Source: the human T2T-CHM13v2.0 reference genome, Homo sapiens
Strand: one strand, 5' to 3'
DNA length: 64,000 bases
Assembly: GCF_009914755.1 (NCBI RefSeq)
Contig: NC_060926.1
The translations under genes were made by a program, and so were the position numbers. Below the pieces are notes generated by a model. The model made no database searches, was not told the DNA's origin, and worked only from the letters and a program-made list of their open reading frames with translations. This document shows positions 1-15,934 of the stretch, piece after piece (position 1 is the first letter of the stretch; each line of letters opens with the position of its first letter).

Positions 1-365
1 TGAAGGTGTTGCCAAAGGAGATTCACTTTTGAGTCAGTGGGCTGGGGTAGGCAAACCCACCCTTAATTGGGTAGGCACCATCCAAGCAGCTGCCAGTGAA
101 CATGAAGCAGGCAGAAAAATGTGAAAAGGAGAGATGGGCCTAGCTCCCAGCCTACATCTTTCTCCCATGCTGGGTGCTTCCTGCCCTTGAACATCAGACT
201 CCAAGTTCTTCAGTTTTGAGGTTTGGACTGGCTCTCCTTGCTCCTCAAGCTTGCAGATGGCCTATTGTGGGACCCTGTGATTGTGTAAGTTAATATTTAA
301 TAAACTCCCCTTGATATATATCTATCCCATTAGTTCTGTCTGTCTAGAGAACCCTGACTAATACA
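1..365 (+). mobile_element. ERVL LTR (MLT2A1/MLT2A2-like), 5' end outside window
   Basis: Matches recalled MLT2A consensus (gttgccaaaggagatt..., aataaactcccc, 3' end agagaaccctgactaataca). Confidence 0.85.
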
Positions 366-494
366 AGATACTTTTATCCCATAAGGCGCAACATCGGGAG
401 CCAACAGTCAGAGGCAGGAACATGCCCTGCACTGCTGCTTTCCGGGCCGTGGAAACACATCTGTCACTAGTCCTGACCCTGCTGGTCTAGCCCT

Positions 495-918
495 GCGCAC
501 ATTTCCCAGGGCTGCCCTAAGGAATGTCCGCAAACCAAGTGGCTTAAAACAACAGAAATTTATCCTCTCATTTCTGGAGGCTGCAAGTCTGAGATCAAAG
601 GGTTGGCAGGGCTGAACTCCCTCAGGTTCAGAAGGTGGATCCTTCCTGCCTCTTCCTGCTTTGGGTGGCTCCTGCAGTCCCTGGCATTCCTCAATCTGCA
701 GCTCCTCACCCCAGCTTCCATCCCTGTCTCCACACCTGGCTCTCCTCCCTGGGTCTCTGTCTCCTTTTCTCAGAAGATCACTGGTCACAGGATTCGAGCC
801 CCATGTGCTCCAGCACAGCCTCACCTTGGTCTCTTCTGCAAAGAGCCTACTTCCAAATAAGATACTGGGGGCTAAGACTCCAGCATGACTTTCGGAGGGA
901 CACAAGTCATCCCTGTGA
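495..918 (-). mobile_element. MaLR LTR (MLT1B/MLT1C-like)
   Basis: ggcttaaaacaacagaaatttatcctctca...tctgagatcaa...tctgcaaagagcctacttccaaataag, typical of the MLT1 reverse strand. Confidence 0.75.
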
Positions 919-954
919 AGCAACCCACAAGAAACGTGGAGCACAACTGCAATG

Positions 955-1190
955 CTGAGCTGTGGTGCCGGAAGCAATAAATGAGGAGTCAGGACACAGG
1001 GACAGAGAGACCAGCCCATCCTCTGTGCCTTTGGCAAGCTGTGTGCCTGCCCAAACCCCACCTGTCATCTGTAAAATGAGGATGAAAGCACCATCTCGTG
1101 AGTTTACCATGAGAATTCAACGTAAGGCACTTAGCCTAGTTCCAGGCATGCAAGAAGGGTGCCTTAAATGACGGCACTGTGACCATCACC
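955..1190 (+). mobile_element. MIR SINE whose 3' tail seeds the adjacent VNTR
   Basis: MIR core tcatctgtaaaatgaggatga..., then taaggcacttagcctagttccaggca. Confidence 0.7.
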
Positions 1191-1528
1191 ACTCTGAAGG
1201 CATGCAAGAAGGGTGCCTTAAATGAGGGCACTGTTACCATCACTGCTCTGAAGGGCGTGCAAGACAGGTGCCTCAAACGAGGGCACTGTTACCATCACCG
1301 CTCTGAAGGGCGTGCAAGAAGGGTGCCTTAAATGAGGGCACTATTACCATCACCACTCTGAAGGGCATGCAAGAAGTGTGCCTCAAATGAGGGCACTGTT
1401 ACCATCGCCGCTCTGAAGGGCATGCAAGACAGGTGCCTTAAATGAGGGCACTGTTACCATCACCGCTCTGAAGGGTGTGCAAGAAGGGTGCTTTAAATGA
1501 CGGCACTGTTACCATCACCGCTCTGAAG
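1145..1528. repeat. Minisatellite, 7 x 54-55 bp (ggcatgcaagaagggtgccttaaatgagggcactgttaccatcaccgctctgaag)
   Basis: Unit starts at 1145, 1199, 1254, 1309, 1364, 1419, 1474. Confidence 0.95.
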
Positions 1529-2376
1529 TGCTGTCGAAAATCCTTTCAAAGTCCACTCACTCTTGGCTGATGGTCTTCGTTAGCTAAAGCGTTTTCTGCA
1601 GGTCTCCTTCCACAATCCAGTCTGCTTTAGGCCGAAGAAAGCATTGGCCTCCCGGGGCTCACTGACCCCAGGATAAAAACAGGAAGATCCCTCAACACCC
1701 CAGGGTGGGTCAGCATTTCCCCCTGGACACAAGCTGCGGCCCCAGGGTGCACATTGATCAGAACCTCACCTGGGCCGTGCCGGCCCCTGCTTGTAAGGTG
1801 GCTCTCAGTCTATCCCAGAAGAGCTACCTGTGCCCATGTGATTTCTCTCCCTTCCCATACCCCATCCTGATGTTGCTTCCGACAGCTCCATGCATCCTGT
1901 TTTGTTAATGAACAGAATCGCTTCTTTAACTTCATTAATTCCAGCTCTTCATTTGTGTATGTTGTCTATGATACTTAAAAGGCTAATCTTAATGCTTTTG
2001 TTTAGAGCGTGAATTTTTAATATATTTGAAAATGAACTTGAGTGTGCTATTTAATACCACATTTTGTTTTATCACATCCTAATTACGTTTACTAGCTATT
2101 GTCCTATAAAAAGCTATTTTAATCTTTATTATCTGGATTTTTCGCCACTGCAGCATGTGTCATTTTCTGCAGTGATGTCCAAAAATTAAGTAAAAGGTAT
2201 TTAAGGGAACTCTAATTGATTGTGCTTCTCAAGAGCCCTAGAAAATTTGATGAGTCATTAGGCTGACTGTGTGCGAGAGGAAATTCTCCACCGACAGCCT
2301 GAAGCTGTGTAAAATGGGATGGCTTTAGACCTGCCGAGCTCTCACAGCACTCAGCTCAAGCCTCAGCATCCCCCAG

Positions 2377-2464
2377 AGGTGACATGCATGGAGTTCTCAG
2401 TGGATGGCGGGGAAGGGTCAAGGTGACATGCATGGAGCTCTCAGTGGATGGTGGGGAAGGGTCA
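2377..2464. repeat. Tandem duplication 2 x 44 bp
   Basis: aggtgacatgcatggag(t/c)tctcagtggatgg(c/t)ggggaagggtca at 2377 and 2421. Confidence 0.95.
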
Positions 2465-2614
2465 TGGGATTGGGCACCTTACTTAGTTTGAGGGAGAGTC
2501 ACAGAGTCCACATACTCACTGTGGTTGTCACTGCTTACCCCGCGCCCTGCTGAGGCTCAGCTGCCGTCTGCACCCATGCCATGCTGTCCTCCAGGGGGAC
2601 CTGCAGGATGTAAC

Positions 2615-5455
<2,841 letters not shown>

Positions 5456-5697
5456 TAGGTGACCTACGCGTGGCAGATGCACGCCTGCTGTTATTTCTCT
5501 TATATCCGACTCCAGTTCCTTTTCCAGGCTGCTTGCTTTACTGCCCACTATTGGGAGAGCATTTTCCTTACTGGAAATGAGCAAATCAAAGGGGGCGACT
5601 TGCCTGTCATCTCCTGAAGTTACAGCATCTCACCTGAGTAGCACGGCTGTGGCATCCTGTTCTTGGTGTTCAGAACACAGAAAAGAAATCTTGTCTT

Positions 5698-6063
<366 letters not shown>

Positions 6064-7930
6064 TTATATTTTTGATGGTTTCTGTAAATATTGATTGCTC
6101 TGTGCTATTGCTCTTGGTTTATTTTATTCCAAAAGCTGAACTTCAAAGCCATTTACTTTAAGCTTTCATTAATAAGACCATTTTTGATATTTTCATATAA
6201 AGAGTTCTAAAACTATTTTATGTTTCGGTCACTTGTGGAAGGAGGTACTTAGAACTTTTTTTTTTTTCTTGAACTCATTAATTGATTCAGAAGCTTTGCT
6301 GTAAGCCCAGAGCTGTGGTCTACAGTTGGTCATTTTTCTATGGGTCACCATATAATGTGCTGGAGATAAAGTTCAGTATGAAAAGACTGTCCTCTGTCTT
6401 CAGACAAACCATGAAGTGTTCTGCATATACCTTTTCTCCATAATTTCATCAGTAGATCAAATGTTATTCTAGTAAGTTGTTCCTGCAGCCTCAACATCTT
6501 AGAGAATTCCAAATGACTACACCAAATGAGTTACATGGACATTCTCTCCCTGAGTTACAGGAAAATATTTAAATTACTAATTTTATCAAAATTTGCTGGG
6601 CAGTCTATGAGGATGTCTTTCAAGAAACCAGTACACAAAAATAAACATTCCCAGACTCCCTCCGATGTGGGAAGTGGGCCGTGAGGCAACCCTTCCTTCA
6701 GGATTTGGGGTGTGTGTGCCAATTAGAGTTTCTTCCAAGGCATCAAGGGAAAATTTGTAAACATAGAGGAAGCCTGGAAATAATCCCACATGTCATTCAT
6801 TCACTAGGTTGAAAGAATTGTGTTTGGAAAGTTCTATGATAAGACTGTTTTGTGGGAGTTGTATGTACAGCAGTAATGAGGAAACAGATTTTTTTAAAAA
6901 ATTCCCTCAAGTTCTAAAAATGCAAATGATGAGACACTCTATGTGTCTGGGAGGATACTGATTGATTAATTCTGAAAATGAGATTTTGTGTAGCCAGAGG
7001 TTCCTTAGATGAAAGCTTTCTCTTTTTCCTTCATCCTAAGCCCCTTTGGAGATTATGCAAATGCGTTGTGTGCTTATGTGGCCATCTGGAGTAACTTTGT
7101 CCTGTGCCGTAAAGATGGGCTATAATTACTGCATGTGTGTGCATTGCCATTCAGCAGTAGCCACTGATGTTTACAATTTCTACAGATCCTATGATGCTAG
7201 CTACTTAGTCTACATAAAATGTAGCAATTTCCCTTGGAATACTTTCATTTCCTATTTTATAATCACTAGATTTAAATTCTAGAGATTGAGTAGCTTTCAA
7301 ACCTGAGCTGTGAGAATGTCACCTCCTGTGGCCTTTCACATAGAACCTCAGTCCTTATCACACTCTGGGTCAGGTTTATGGAAGGTGGGCAAGGGGAGCT
7401 GGCTGGTACTGTGCTTTTCAGCCACCACTCATTGCGATCTGCTCTCGGACTCTCATCGCCAATGCCAACAGTGTGTAGAGTATTTGTGACCGCCGGCTGT
7501 GTGTGTGGCGTTGGCTGGACCCCCGTTTATCCTGGAAGGGTCAGGAGCTGTGTGAAGCCCAAGGCAGATGGGTCCTTCCAGCCTTTTGGGCCCCCCGCCA
7601 TCTGCTCTCCTCTAAGAGGGGAGAGGCAGGGACTTGAGCTACTGTGTTTGTGACAATCTCTAAGGAAAGGTTGACAGGCATGAAGATGTTGAAGGCACGC
7701 ATTCAGCTATCCAGGAAAAGGACAATAGCAGAATGAGAGACAAGTGAGGAAGAGCCTCCCGAGCTATGCAGCCACAGGGCCGAGCACAGCAGGAGCGGGG
7801 GGACAGTGGAGGTCTTGTCAGGCAGTGTGGGCAGCCCATGGAGCGGAGCCGTGGCAGGACTGAGGACTGAGGACTGGGGACTGAGACCTGAGACTTGAGA
7901 CCTGACTGGCTCCAGCCTCCCTCGGCCAGG

Positions 7931-7974
<44 letters not shown>

Positions 7975-8763
7975 CATGCACTGTCAGCCGTGCGCTGTGT
8001 GAGCCACACTGTGTGTGTCAGCCATGTGCTGTGTGTCACCTGTGTGCTCTGTGTGTGTGAGCCACATGCTGTGTCAGAGCAGTGCGCTGTGAGCCGCGCT
8101 GTGTGCATGCACGTGTGTATGCCATGCACTGTGTGTGTCAGAGAGCTGTGCGCTGTGTGCCCCGCACTGTGTGTGTGCGTGTGTAAGCCGCATGCTGTGT
8201 GAGAGCTGTAGGCTGTGTGGGTGTGAGCCGGGCATTGTGGGTGTGTGTGGAGTGAGAGTCATGCACTGTGTGTGTCTGGTGTGTGTCATGTGCTGTGTGT
8301 GTGTGGTGTGTGAGCCATGGACTGTGTGTGTGGGGGAATGTGTGAGTGTGTGAACCATGCACTGTGTGTGTGTGGTGTGTGAGCCATGTGCTCTGTGTGT
8401 GTGGTGGGAGCCATGTGCTGTGTGTGTGTGTGTGTGTGTGGTGTGTGAGCCATGCATTGTGTGTCTGTATGTCTGTGTCTGTATGTCTGTGTCTGTGGTG
8501 GGTGAGCCGTGCATTGTGTATAAGTGTGTGTGTGGTATGTGAACCGTGCACTGTGTGTGTGTGCCAGCCCTGCATTGTGTGTGTGTGTGTGTGTGTGTGG
8601 TGTATGAGCCATGCACTCTGTATGTGTGTGTGTATATATGGTGTTAGTGGTGCACTGTGTCTGTGTGTGAGTGTGTGTGGTGTGTGTGAGCCGTGTACTG
8701 TGTGTGTGTGTGTGTGTGTGTATGCGAGAGAGAGAAGAGAGAGAAGGAGGGAAAGAGAGAGAG
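7931..8763. repeat. (TG)n microsatellite expanding into a degenerate TG-rich minisatellite (gtgtgagccatgcactgtgt motif), ending in (GA)n
   Basis: Near-pure TG run 7931-7972; recurring gagccatgc motif to ~8720; GA-rich run 8726-8763. Confidence 0.95.
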
Positions 8764-8869
8764 TGTAGGCATCAAGCACCCATTTCCCACAAGAGTAACG
8801 TGTTTGGATGTCACAGGGTGGCTCAGAGACAGGCCCAGAACCCACAGCTGTATTTCTCCAGCTCAAAGC

Positions 8870-9460
8870 AATGGCTCCGCTTCTCTTCTAAATGGGAACA
8901 TTTTACCCGCAGATTTATTACAGAGATTGTTAAAAATAACTTTTACCAAGTTATTAGGGTCCCTGCTTCTTTCGTCTGGAGTCGCATGAAAACATTTAAA
9001 GCACAAATCTCGCTTTCAACCAACATGGCTGCGAGTGCATTGGCAGGTGTTCACGGGCTCCGCAGCCTGAAGCCCAGAGACCTTCCGGGCAGAGCCCAGG
9101 AGCAGAGAACCCAACCCGGGCTTCCCCTCAGAAGCGGCACGTGCTGGTCCGGGCCGCCCTCCGCACAAACCACCGGCCGCGGGTGGGATGCGCTTCAGAC
9201 TGCAGACCTTCTCGCACCGTGTGACCGATGTAGTTTTTGTTTGTTTTTGGTGGTATCCCTGCAGTACTGCGCTGCTGCTTGGTGGCGGTGTAAATTGTAC
9301 TGCTCTTCAGAATTTTCTCAGGAAAGTGCCGCTTCCAGCTTCTGCCGGAACATGCTTGTGGGCCTCATGCAAAGAAAAGTGAACATATTCCCCAATAGGT
9401 ACAATGAGCTAGCAGAAAGAAAATTCAGTGGTTTACTGTGTTTTCAAACACGCGTAGGAG
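8870..9460. promoter_or_regulatory. Small CpG-rich patch upstream of exon 9757 (possible intragenic regulatory element)
   Basis: About two dozen CpGs in ~600 bp; E-box cacgtg near 9138; GC-box-like gccgccctcc near 9153; CTCF-like motif 9275-9290. Confidence 0.4.
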
Positions 9461-9756
9461 AATAGAGATTGGCTGGGCTCTGTGCATTTGTTCTGAGTTA
9501 GAGCAATGCCTGTAAACACTCCCCACCTCACCGAGCTGGAAATATTTGCCTCTTGACAAAAAGCAAGAAAGAACCTGTATGCAGTTGTTCCTGTGGGTCT
9601 CCCGGGACCCTGCATCCTCCTGTTTTGTTCCCCGTAACTTGCATATGAGAGCATTTTATAATTTTTGACCAAAGGGGGGTTAATATGGAGACTACCTAAT
9701 TAAAGTTAAACAGCATTATTAAAGAATGTTTTCTCAAAATTGATACTTTTTTCTAG

Positions 9757-9849
9757 TCCAGAACATACATGTGCAGCTGGCAAGGAGAGATGCTGTGTTT
9801 CACGGTGGATTTCGCGTTGGGATTTACCTGTTTTGAGAGTAAGACCAAG
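9757..9849 (+). CDS. SNTG2: SNTG2 internal coding exon (93 nt, phase 0/0): SRTYMCSWQGEMLCFTVDFALGFTCFESKTK
   Basis: Acceptor tactttttttctag|TCC, donor AAG|gtaaga; same frame as ORF 9769..10368; joins in frame to exon 17527. Confidence 0.92.
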
Positions 9850-10705
9850 GTAAGAGGCCAAGCAGGCATCCATGCCGCCCCATTGCCATGTGCTTGGTTA
9901 CATTCCATGGGCGTTAACACTCACGCATGTCTGGTAGAAGCCACCAACCTTGCTGGATTGTGTATCGTGCAGAGGCCTTGCTTTCATAGACTTTTTTTTC
10001 TGATAGCTCAGGGCCCCAGGATCGCCACAAGCCCTGAGGGTGTCTGGCCAATAGGATTCACAGCAGGGTCAGGTGGGTGGATAGGGAAGTTGAAGATGCT
10101 GCTGCTAAGGAGGGACCCACAACACTTGAGTAAACGCTTTGAAAAAAAACACTCATCGTTGCCTGCCTTCCATCTGAACATTCGTGGTAGCGGTGAACAG
10201 TGCCTGTGCCTGGGGGAATTTGTGGAGGGCGGATGCCAGGAATGTACAGCTGCCATTAGGAAGGGAGTGAGACCCATTTCCACCCCATCTGAGTATTCTC
10301 CTAACTACGTAAGTGTTAAGGAAATGCTTTGTGAGGACAATCCACTGTTTTGTCATAATATTTTTTAAAACCTACTCTCTGTGTTAATTAAGAATGAGTG
10401 AAATGGAAAGTGTTGGTAAGATAAATACGGTTGTTAAAAAAAATTTCAACAAATCGAGTTGAAAGACTTACTTGTCTTTTATTAGCAATCCCAAATCGGG
10501 CTGCACCCCCTTTACAAAATAGAGCCCCGTTTGTTATCTCATGGTCATTTCCTAACTTCTGTGTTCGAGAACCTTTGGATGCCCTCTGCAGTGAATTGGT
10601 CATTGAATCTGTAGGTTAATGAGCACTGGGAACTGCGCCTTCTTTCTGAGAAGCCTCTCACTGTGTGGCCTCTCTACAAAAAGCAAGACAAAAACCTTTC
10701 CTAGG

Positions 10706-10912
10706 CAGGGTCTCCCAAACTGGTGGTTTTGCCCCCGAGGGACACTTGGGCATGTCTGGAGACACTTTCTATTGTCAGGACTTGGTGGGAGTTTCTGCTG
10801 ATATCCAGGGCACCTGGAGGGTGGAGTCCAGGGATGCCGCTCTGGGCACAGGGCCCCACACAGGGCATCTCCAGGGCCTACTGGGCAATAGTGTGGAGGC
10901 TGAAAAACCTGG
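10706..10912. mobile_element. MER20 (hAT-Charlie DNA transposon fossil)
   Basis: ttttgcccccgagggacacttgggcatgtctggagacac...caatagtgtggaggctgaaaaacctg; ctagg-containing flanks on both sides. Confidence 0.8.
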
Positions 10913-13900
10913 GCTAGGGCCATGGACTACTTCCTTTACGGAATTCCAGGGCCAGAAAATTTAATGGAGTCATTGTTCCCCTCCAGGGCACATACCATGT
11001 TTGCAATGACAATAGCACATATTTGCATAAGCATTGAATAAGAAGAAGGGATTTCACATCTGCCATCCAGTATCCAGGTCCATAATTCTATGGACCCTAA
11101 AGTCACAGAGTGGGAAGTAGCTTCAGGGTTCCACTTAGGTGTTCTTCCCGCTGTCCCTGGTCTGCCATATGGACCTGCTGGTTCCAGTCTAGGTGACTTG
11201 CTCTTAATATTATTTGGAAGCCAGTTCTTCATAACCTTACTGTGCATGTCCTTCTGAGATAAGGGAGGTAATGAAGCAACTATTCAAGTGTAAGGACAAA
11301 CTCTCCATACAGCTTCTTAAAGAGAACACCTGATTTGTAACTTCTGCTTCTTGCTCTGTGTTTCAAGTAATGAAGTGTTCCAGGCAATCTGAAAGGAGAA
11401 TCCAAATTCTGCTTTAGAGCAGGTTTGCGTAGCCCCCTCACTGCAGCCCCTGGGGTCCTGTGTGTCCCTCCACTGGAAGGAGCCTGTGAGCTCCTCCTTT
11501 CCAGGAGCGAAACGCTGGCCCACCGGCCCCATTGCCTGGGCCAGCACTCACCAGGGGCATTTATCTGTACCTGTGTTGCTGTGGGTAATGTACTCACAGG
11601 CCCTTCCCAGCCAGCGCCTCTCACCCATGCTCGGGGCTCAGCATAGTGTCCAGAGGTCACGTGTCTCTCTGTTGTGATTCTGCTAGAGGGTCTCAGCACA
11701 GGAAGATCAACTGAGTCTGCAAAAATGAAAAGAACATCCATCACCACATTCAGCCAAGCCCTGAGCCCCGTACCTGCAGGGGCTGATTTTCACCTGGAGT
11801 GGCCATGGGGTTCCTTGGGTGGGAGTGATGTTTGTGAGTTTCCAGGCCATTGCTCAACATGAAGACACATTTCCTACCTTCATTTCCCCGGTGAGTTTCC
11901 TTTCTTCCTGGGCTGCCCTGTGCCTTTCCTCCTCAAGGGCATCACCATCCTTCTCCGGAGCCTTTTCCCATTTCCCTGGCGTGGTCAATGCCAGGCACAG
12001 TCAGGCAGAGCCGGGCTTGGGGCCTCATGGGGCACTTCCTATCATTTCAGACAGAACTGTCTCCAGAGTCAGCCCTAAAATCAATCCAGTCAACTTTTAA
12101 AATAGCTATAATTTGTTTCTTAATGCTGTGCAAGATGGGGTTGTGAGCCCTTAGGGTAAAGCAGCAGTGTTTTAAATCCTTGGTAACCAGACCGTCCAAC
12201 TCAGCTGAGCTCCTATAATTAAAGCGCATTTGTCTACAGCCTGGAGTGCCTCCTTTTGCTTGACAGCGTGCGTATCCCTCACCCAAAATGACCTGGGCAG
12301 TGCTAGAGTAAGCATGCCAGCGGTCCGGGGGCATCTGGGCCAGCTCCAGCCCTCTACCCGCTCTCTCTGCTTCCAGGGAGGAACTTTTCACCTCCTCAGC
12401 TGAGGTTCTTCTCTGCTCGCTGTCCTCTCCACTCTAGGTCAACTTTGTGTAAAGATTCAATGAAGACGTCTTTTTGCTGGTCTGAACCTGAGGCTCAGAG
12501 GCCCTGACCTGCTGACCTATTTTCCTTTGAAGGAGAGCACTTGACCTCACATTTTTCTCGTGATTATTTCTTTATTTCAAGGAGTTCTGGCCTAACTCCT
12601 TGTTGAGTCCATTCAGACAACAACTGAACCTGAAAATAGCACATGACAACATAAACAATTGTTCCTTGTAGTTTATTTTAGAATTTGCAATATTTGAATT
12701 AATTTTTTTGAAGAAAAGCTTTCCCACCTTAACTGTGAAGGATAAACCAATGGGTTGTAAATTCATAAAATGTTTATAATTTTCCTTTATTTGGCATCTT
12801 GTCACTCATGTCAATGTAGGATGACATTTGTGAGTTTGGCGTCAGTAGGCTTTCGATTATTTGTATATTGATAGGAACATCAATATGATGAATGATATGA
12901 TGAAAGAATTATGAAGATAAATATTATTGAATATGAAATGCTTCTAAATAATTATTTAAAATGTTACTTTCTCCGGTACCCACATGCCCTCTTATTAGTC
13001 ATTATAAAAAAATCAAATAGATTCTGTGCCTACAAATACTTAGATTGGGAGTTACCATGCTTATATTCACAAGATAATTAGCACTTTTACACCACACTAT
13101 CCTGTTAACTGAGGACATTTGTGTATTATTTCTGGGTCAAAACTAGACCATGACATGGCAACAATGCCTATTCACCAAACTCTTGCAAGGAAAGAGGTTC
13201 TGGACTTGGGAGGCCAACCCAACTCATTTGCAGGGACATCCTCCTTCGAAGCCTGTGTGTGGTCAGATTTCTTGATTGCCCACTTCTGCTTGCCAGACAA
13301 AGACAAGCAATTATTTCCCAGGCTGAATCCATTCACCATCAACTATCTATTTTCAATGTTGAGAAAGGAGGTAAGCAGGAAAAAAAATGTGTTTGACCAT
13401 GAAAATATTTTCTGCACTTACAAAATAAATGAGAAGACCATTATCTAATCTATATGGCCTAAATCTCTCGATGCAAAGTTTTTTTTTAATTAAAGAGGAT
13501 AAACTAGAACACCCCCTAGCTGCTAGAGATGGAGGGCGTCCCTGCCCCACGCAGGCTGGTCTCCTGCCCCGTCCAAGCGCAGTCCAGGCCGGCGGGGCCT
13601 CTGGACGATGTCCACATCCTCTTCTCACTCTCTGGGTTAGCACTGACTTCCCTCCTGTTCCATGTAATTAATCAGAAGTGGGAGAGGACATCGACAAGAA
13701 TAGAACCCACAATGGTGAGGGAGAAGGGGAGGCTGACCCTGGGTGGGCACCAGGCAGCCTGGGTCCAGGAGGGGTGCCGCCTGAGTCCTCAGCCTCCACG
13801 GATCCCAGGATGGAGCCTGGCCATACGTGTAGGACCAAGAGCTGCTGGAGAGGCAGAACCACCGCAGGATTCACTCGTTCTTGGGGACACGTTGAAAAGC

Positions 13901-15934
13901 TAGCCTTGTCTCTAAATGGTAACTTCTATTCTAAATCTACCACCAGGCCACTTCCCACACCGCAGCAAATTATGATTCTGTATTTAGAGCGATCGGTGCA
14001 GACTCTCACAAGAGTGTCCTGGTGCTGTCCTGGCCCCCATGGGACCTGCTCCTTAGCTAGGAACAGGATTCCTGTGGGGCTGAGTTAAGGTTGATGGAGA
14101 GGAACAAAAAGATCAGTTTTTAAAAGCTGAAAAGGAATTGTTTGTTGTGGAAGACGAAGTGCAGACTTGCCTTTGGCCTGATGAGGAAGAGAAGCAAATG
14201 TCTCCACAGCTCCCAGGAAAACATCAAGAAACGAATTAGGTTTGAACTGAGAGCACCTCCAAGTCCTTGTCATGGAGTTGCCTGGTACTGCCTGTGGCAT
14301 CTCCACCGTGAAGGATTCAAGGATTATCTTCCATGATCGGTGTGTTAACAATCAGACTGTGTTGCAGAGGAAGTATTACCTTCCATTGTCAGTATATTAA
14401 TAATCAGAATGTGTTCCAAAGGAAGTGAGATGTGATTATCATCTTTAACAACCTGAAACCATCACAGTAATAGGTAAACATTAGCATGTTTCATGTAACA
14501 TGCACTGAACTGCAAAGCTGCTCTTTAATTACTAAAACTATGGAAAAATGTTTTCTGTCTTCCAAGAGGGAGAACTAAAAATCCGGCTTCCCTTCAGCTT
14601 TTATCTGTGCCACGGGAGGATGGGTCCACCCAAGTTTATCCCCCAGGATGTGGAGCAAAAAAAATGGCTCTGATGTGACTGACTGCCCAACAGCGTCTCT
14701 GGAGCTGTGAGTGGAGCACATGCCACATTCCAACCTAGAATGTCCAATTGCGCTTTGGAGAAGGGCTCAGAATTGTGAAATTAAACTGTTACCCAGTCCA
14801 CTTTTACATAAAGTGTGCAGAAATGCCATCCGTAATGGAAAAACAAGTTCCTTTTCTACAGAAACATTGCTGTTTTCAGGTGCAGAAGAGAAAATCTGTG
14901 AAACAGTTAAAAGAGGCCACCACAGGCGATTTGGAAGGGACGATTATGAGAGGAGCCACCATGTCCGGCCACACAGCTCTGAGAAGGGCAGAAAGAGAGT
15001 CACGCCTGCGCCCATGGAGCCCCAACTTGTACCTGGACCACGCTGCAGCCTGTCCCAACCCAGAGAAGCTGACGAGATCCTTGTCCTCCATCACCCAGAC
15101 AAGAGCTAGATGGTAAAATTAGGACATAATTTTAAGCATATATACTGGATATGTATGCCTCATGAGGAAGGGTTATTCTCAAATCTGCAAATATTGAGTA
15201 CAGTTGCAGTGCAATATCAATGGACCAAAAAGACAATAATCATATACCTAAATCACTTCACTGTGAGGACCATTTTGAATTCTTTAAACAATAAACAGGA
15301 CTTTTACATAGATATTTTTGCACTTTTTGTATATAATGTTTTAATAGCAGTTTACAATACCATGCAAAATATTAATTTAGGTTATTCCCAGGACCCTATC
15401 CTAATAGGGGTAGACCACTACTGCGCTCTTTCTTCAAAATCAAATTTGAACCAAAGACTCTTACTGCTGCTCACAGAGTCGTTTGTTGCTTATTTTGTGA
15501 GAAATTAGGCAAAACCTCAATAGCCAAGACTGCCTGGCTTCTCCTGATGGATGAGCACATACCTATGATCACAGGTCCCTCCTACAAATGATGGATAATA
15601 GGTCCTTTTAAAGGCAGATGGGACTTACCTGAATCTAAGGGGCTGAAGTCACAGCCTTCACTTAACAGCTTTCAGAGAAGGTGCTTTGGCGCTGCCTAGG
15701 CAAGGTGGAATTGGTGTGGAGTGTGGGAAGAGGCTCTCCGGAGGCAGGTGCAGTGGGTGGAGCAGGGCAGGAGTGGCTCGGGCAGCTCCCTCACTGGGAC
15801 AGGCCCTCCAGGCCAGCTGTGGCTGCCATCTGCTTCTGGGGCTTGCCTCAGTGCCCCAGTACTCACATCACGCTCTCTTCTGCTCGCGACAAGAATGGAT
15901 ACACATGCTTCACTTCTGGAATTGACAACCACGG

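Noticed and set aside
408-1061. 217-aa minus-strand ORF
   Set aside because: Overlaps MLT1 LTR and MIR sequence and shows no coding signature.
7660-9465. His/Thr- and Cys/Val-rich ORFs, and the 264-aa ORF 8671-9465
   Set aside because: They derive from (TG)n/(CA)n repeats or start inside them, with no syntrophin similarity or exon signals.
9850-10368. Extension of ORF 9769..10368 beyond the exon
   Set aside because: Strong donor AAG|gtaaga at 9849/9850; the downstream sequence is intronic read-through.
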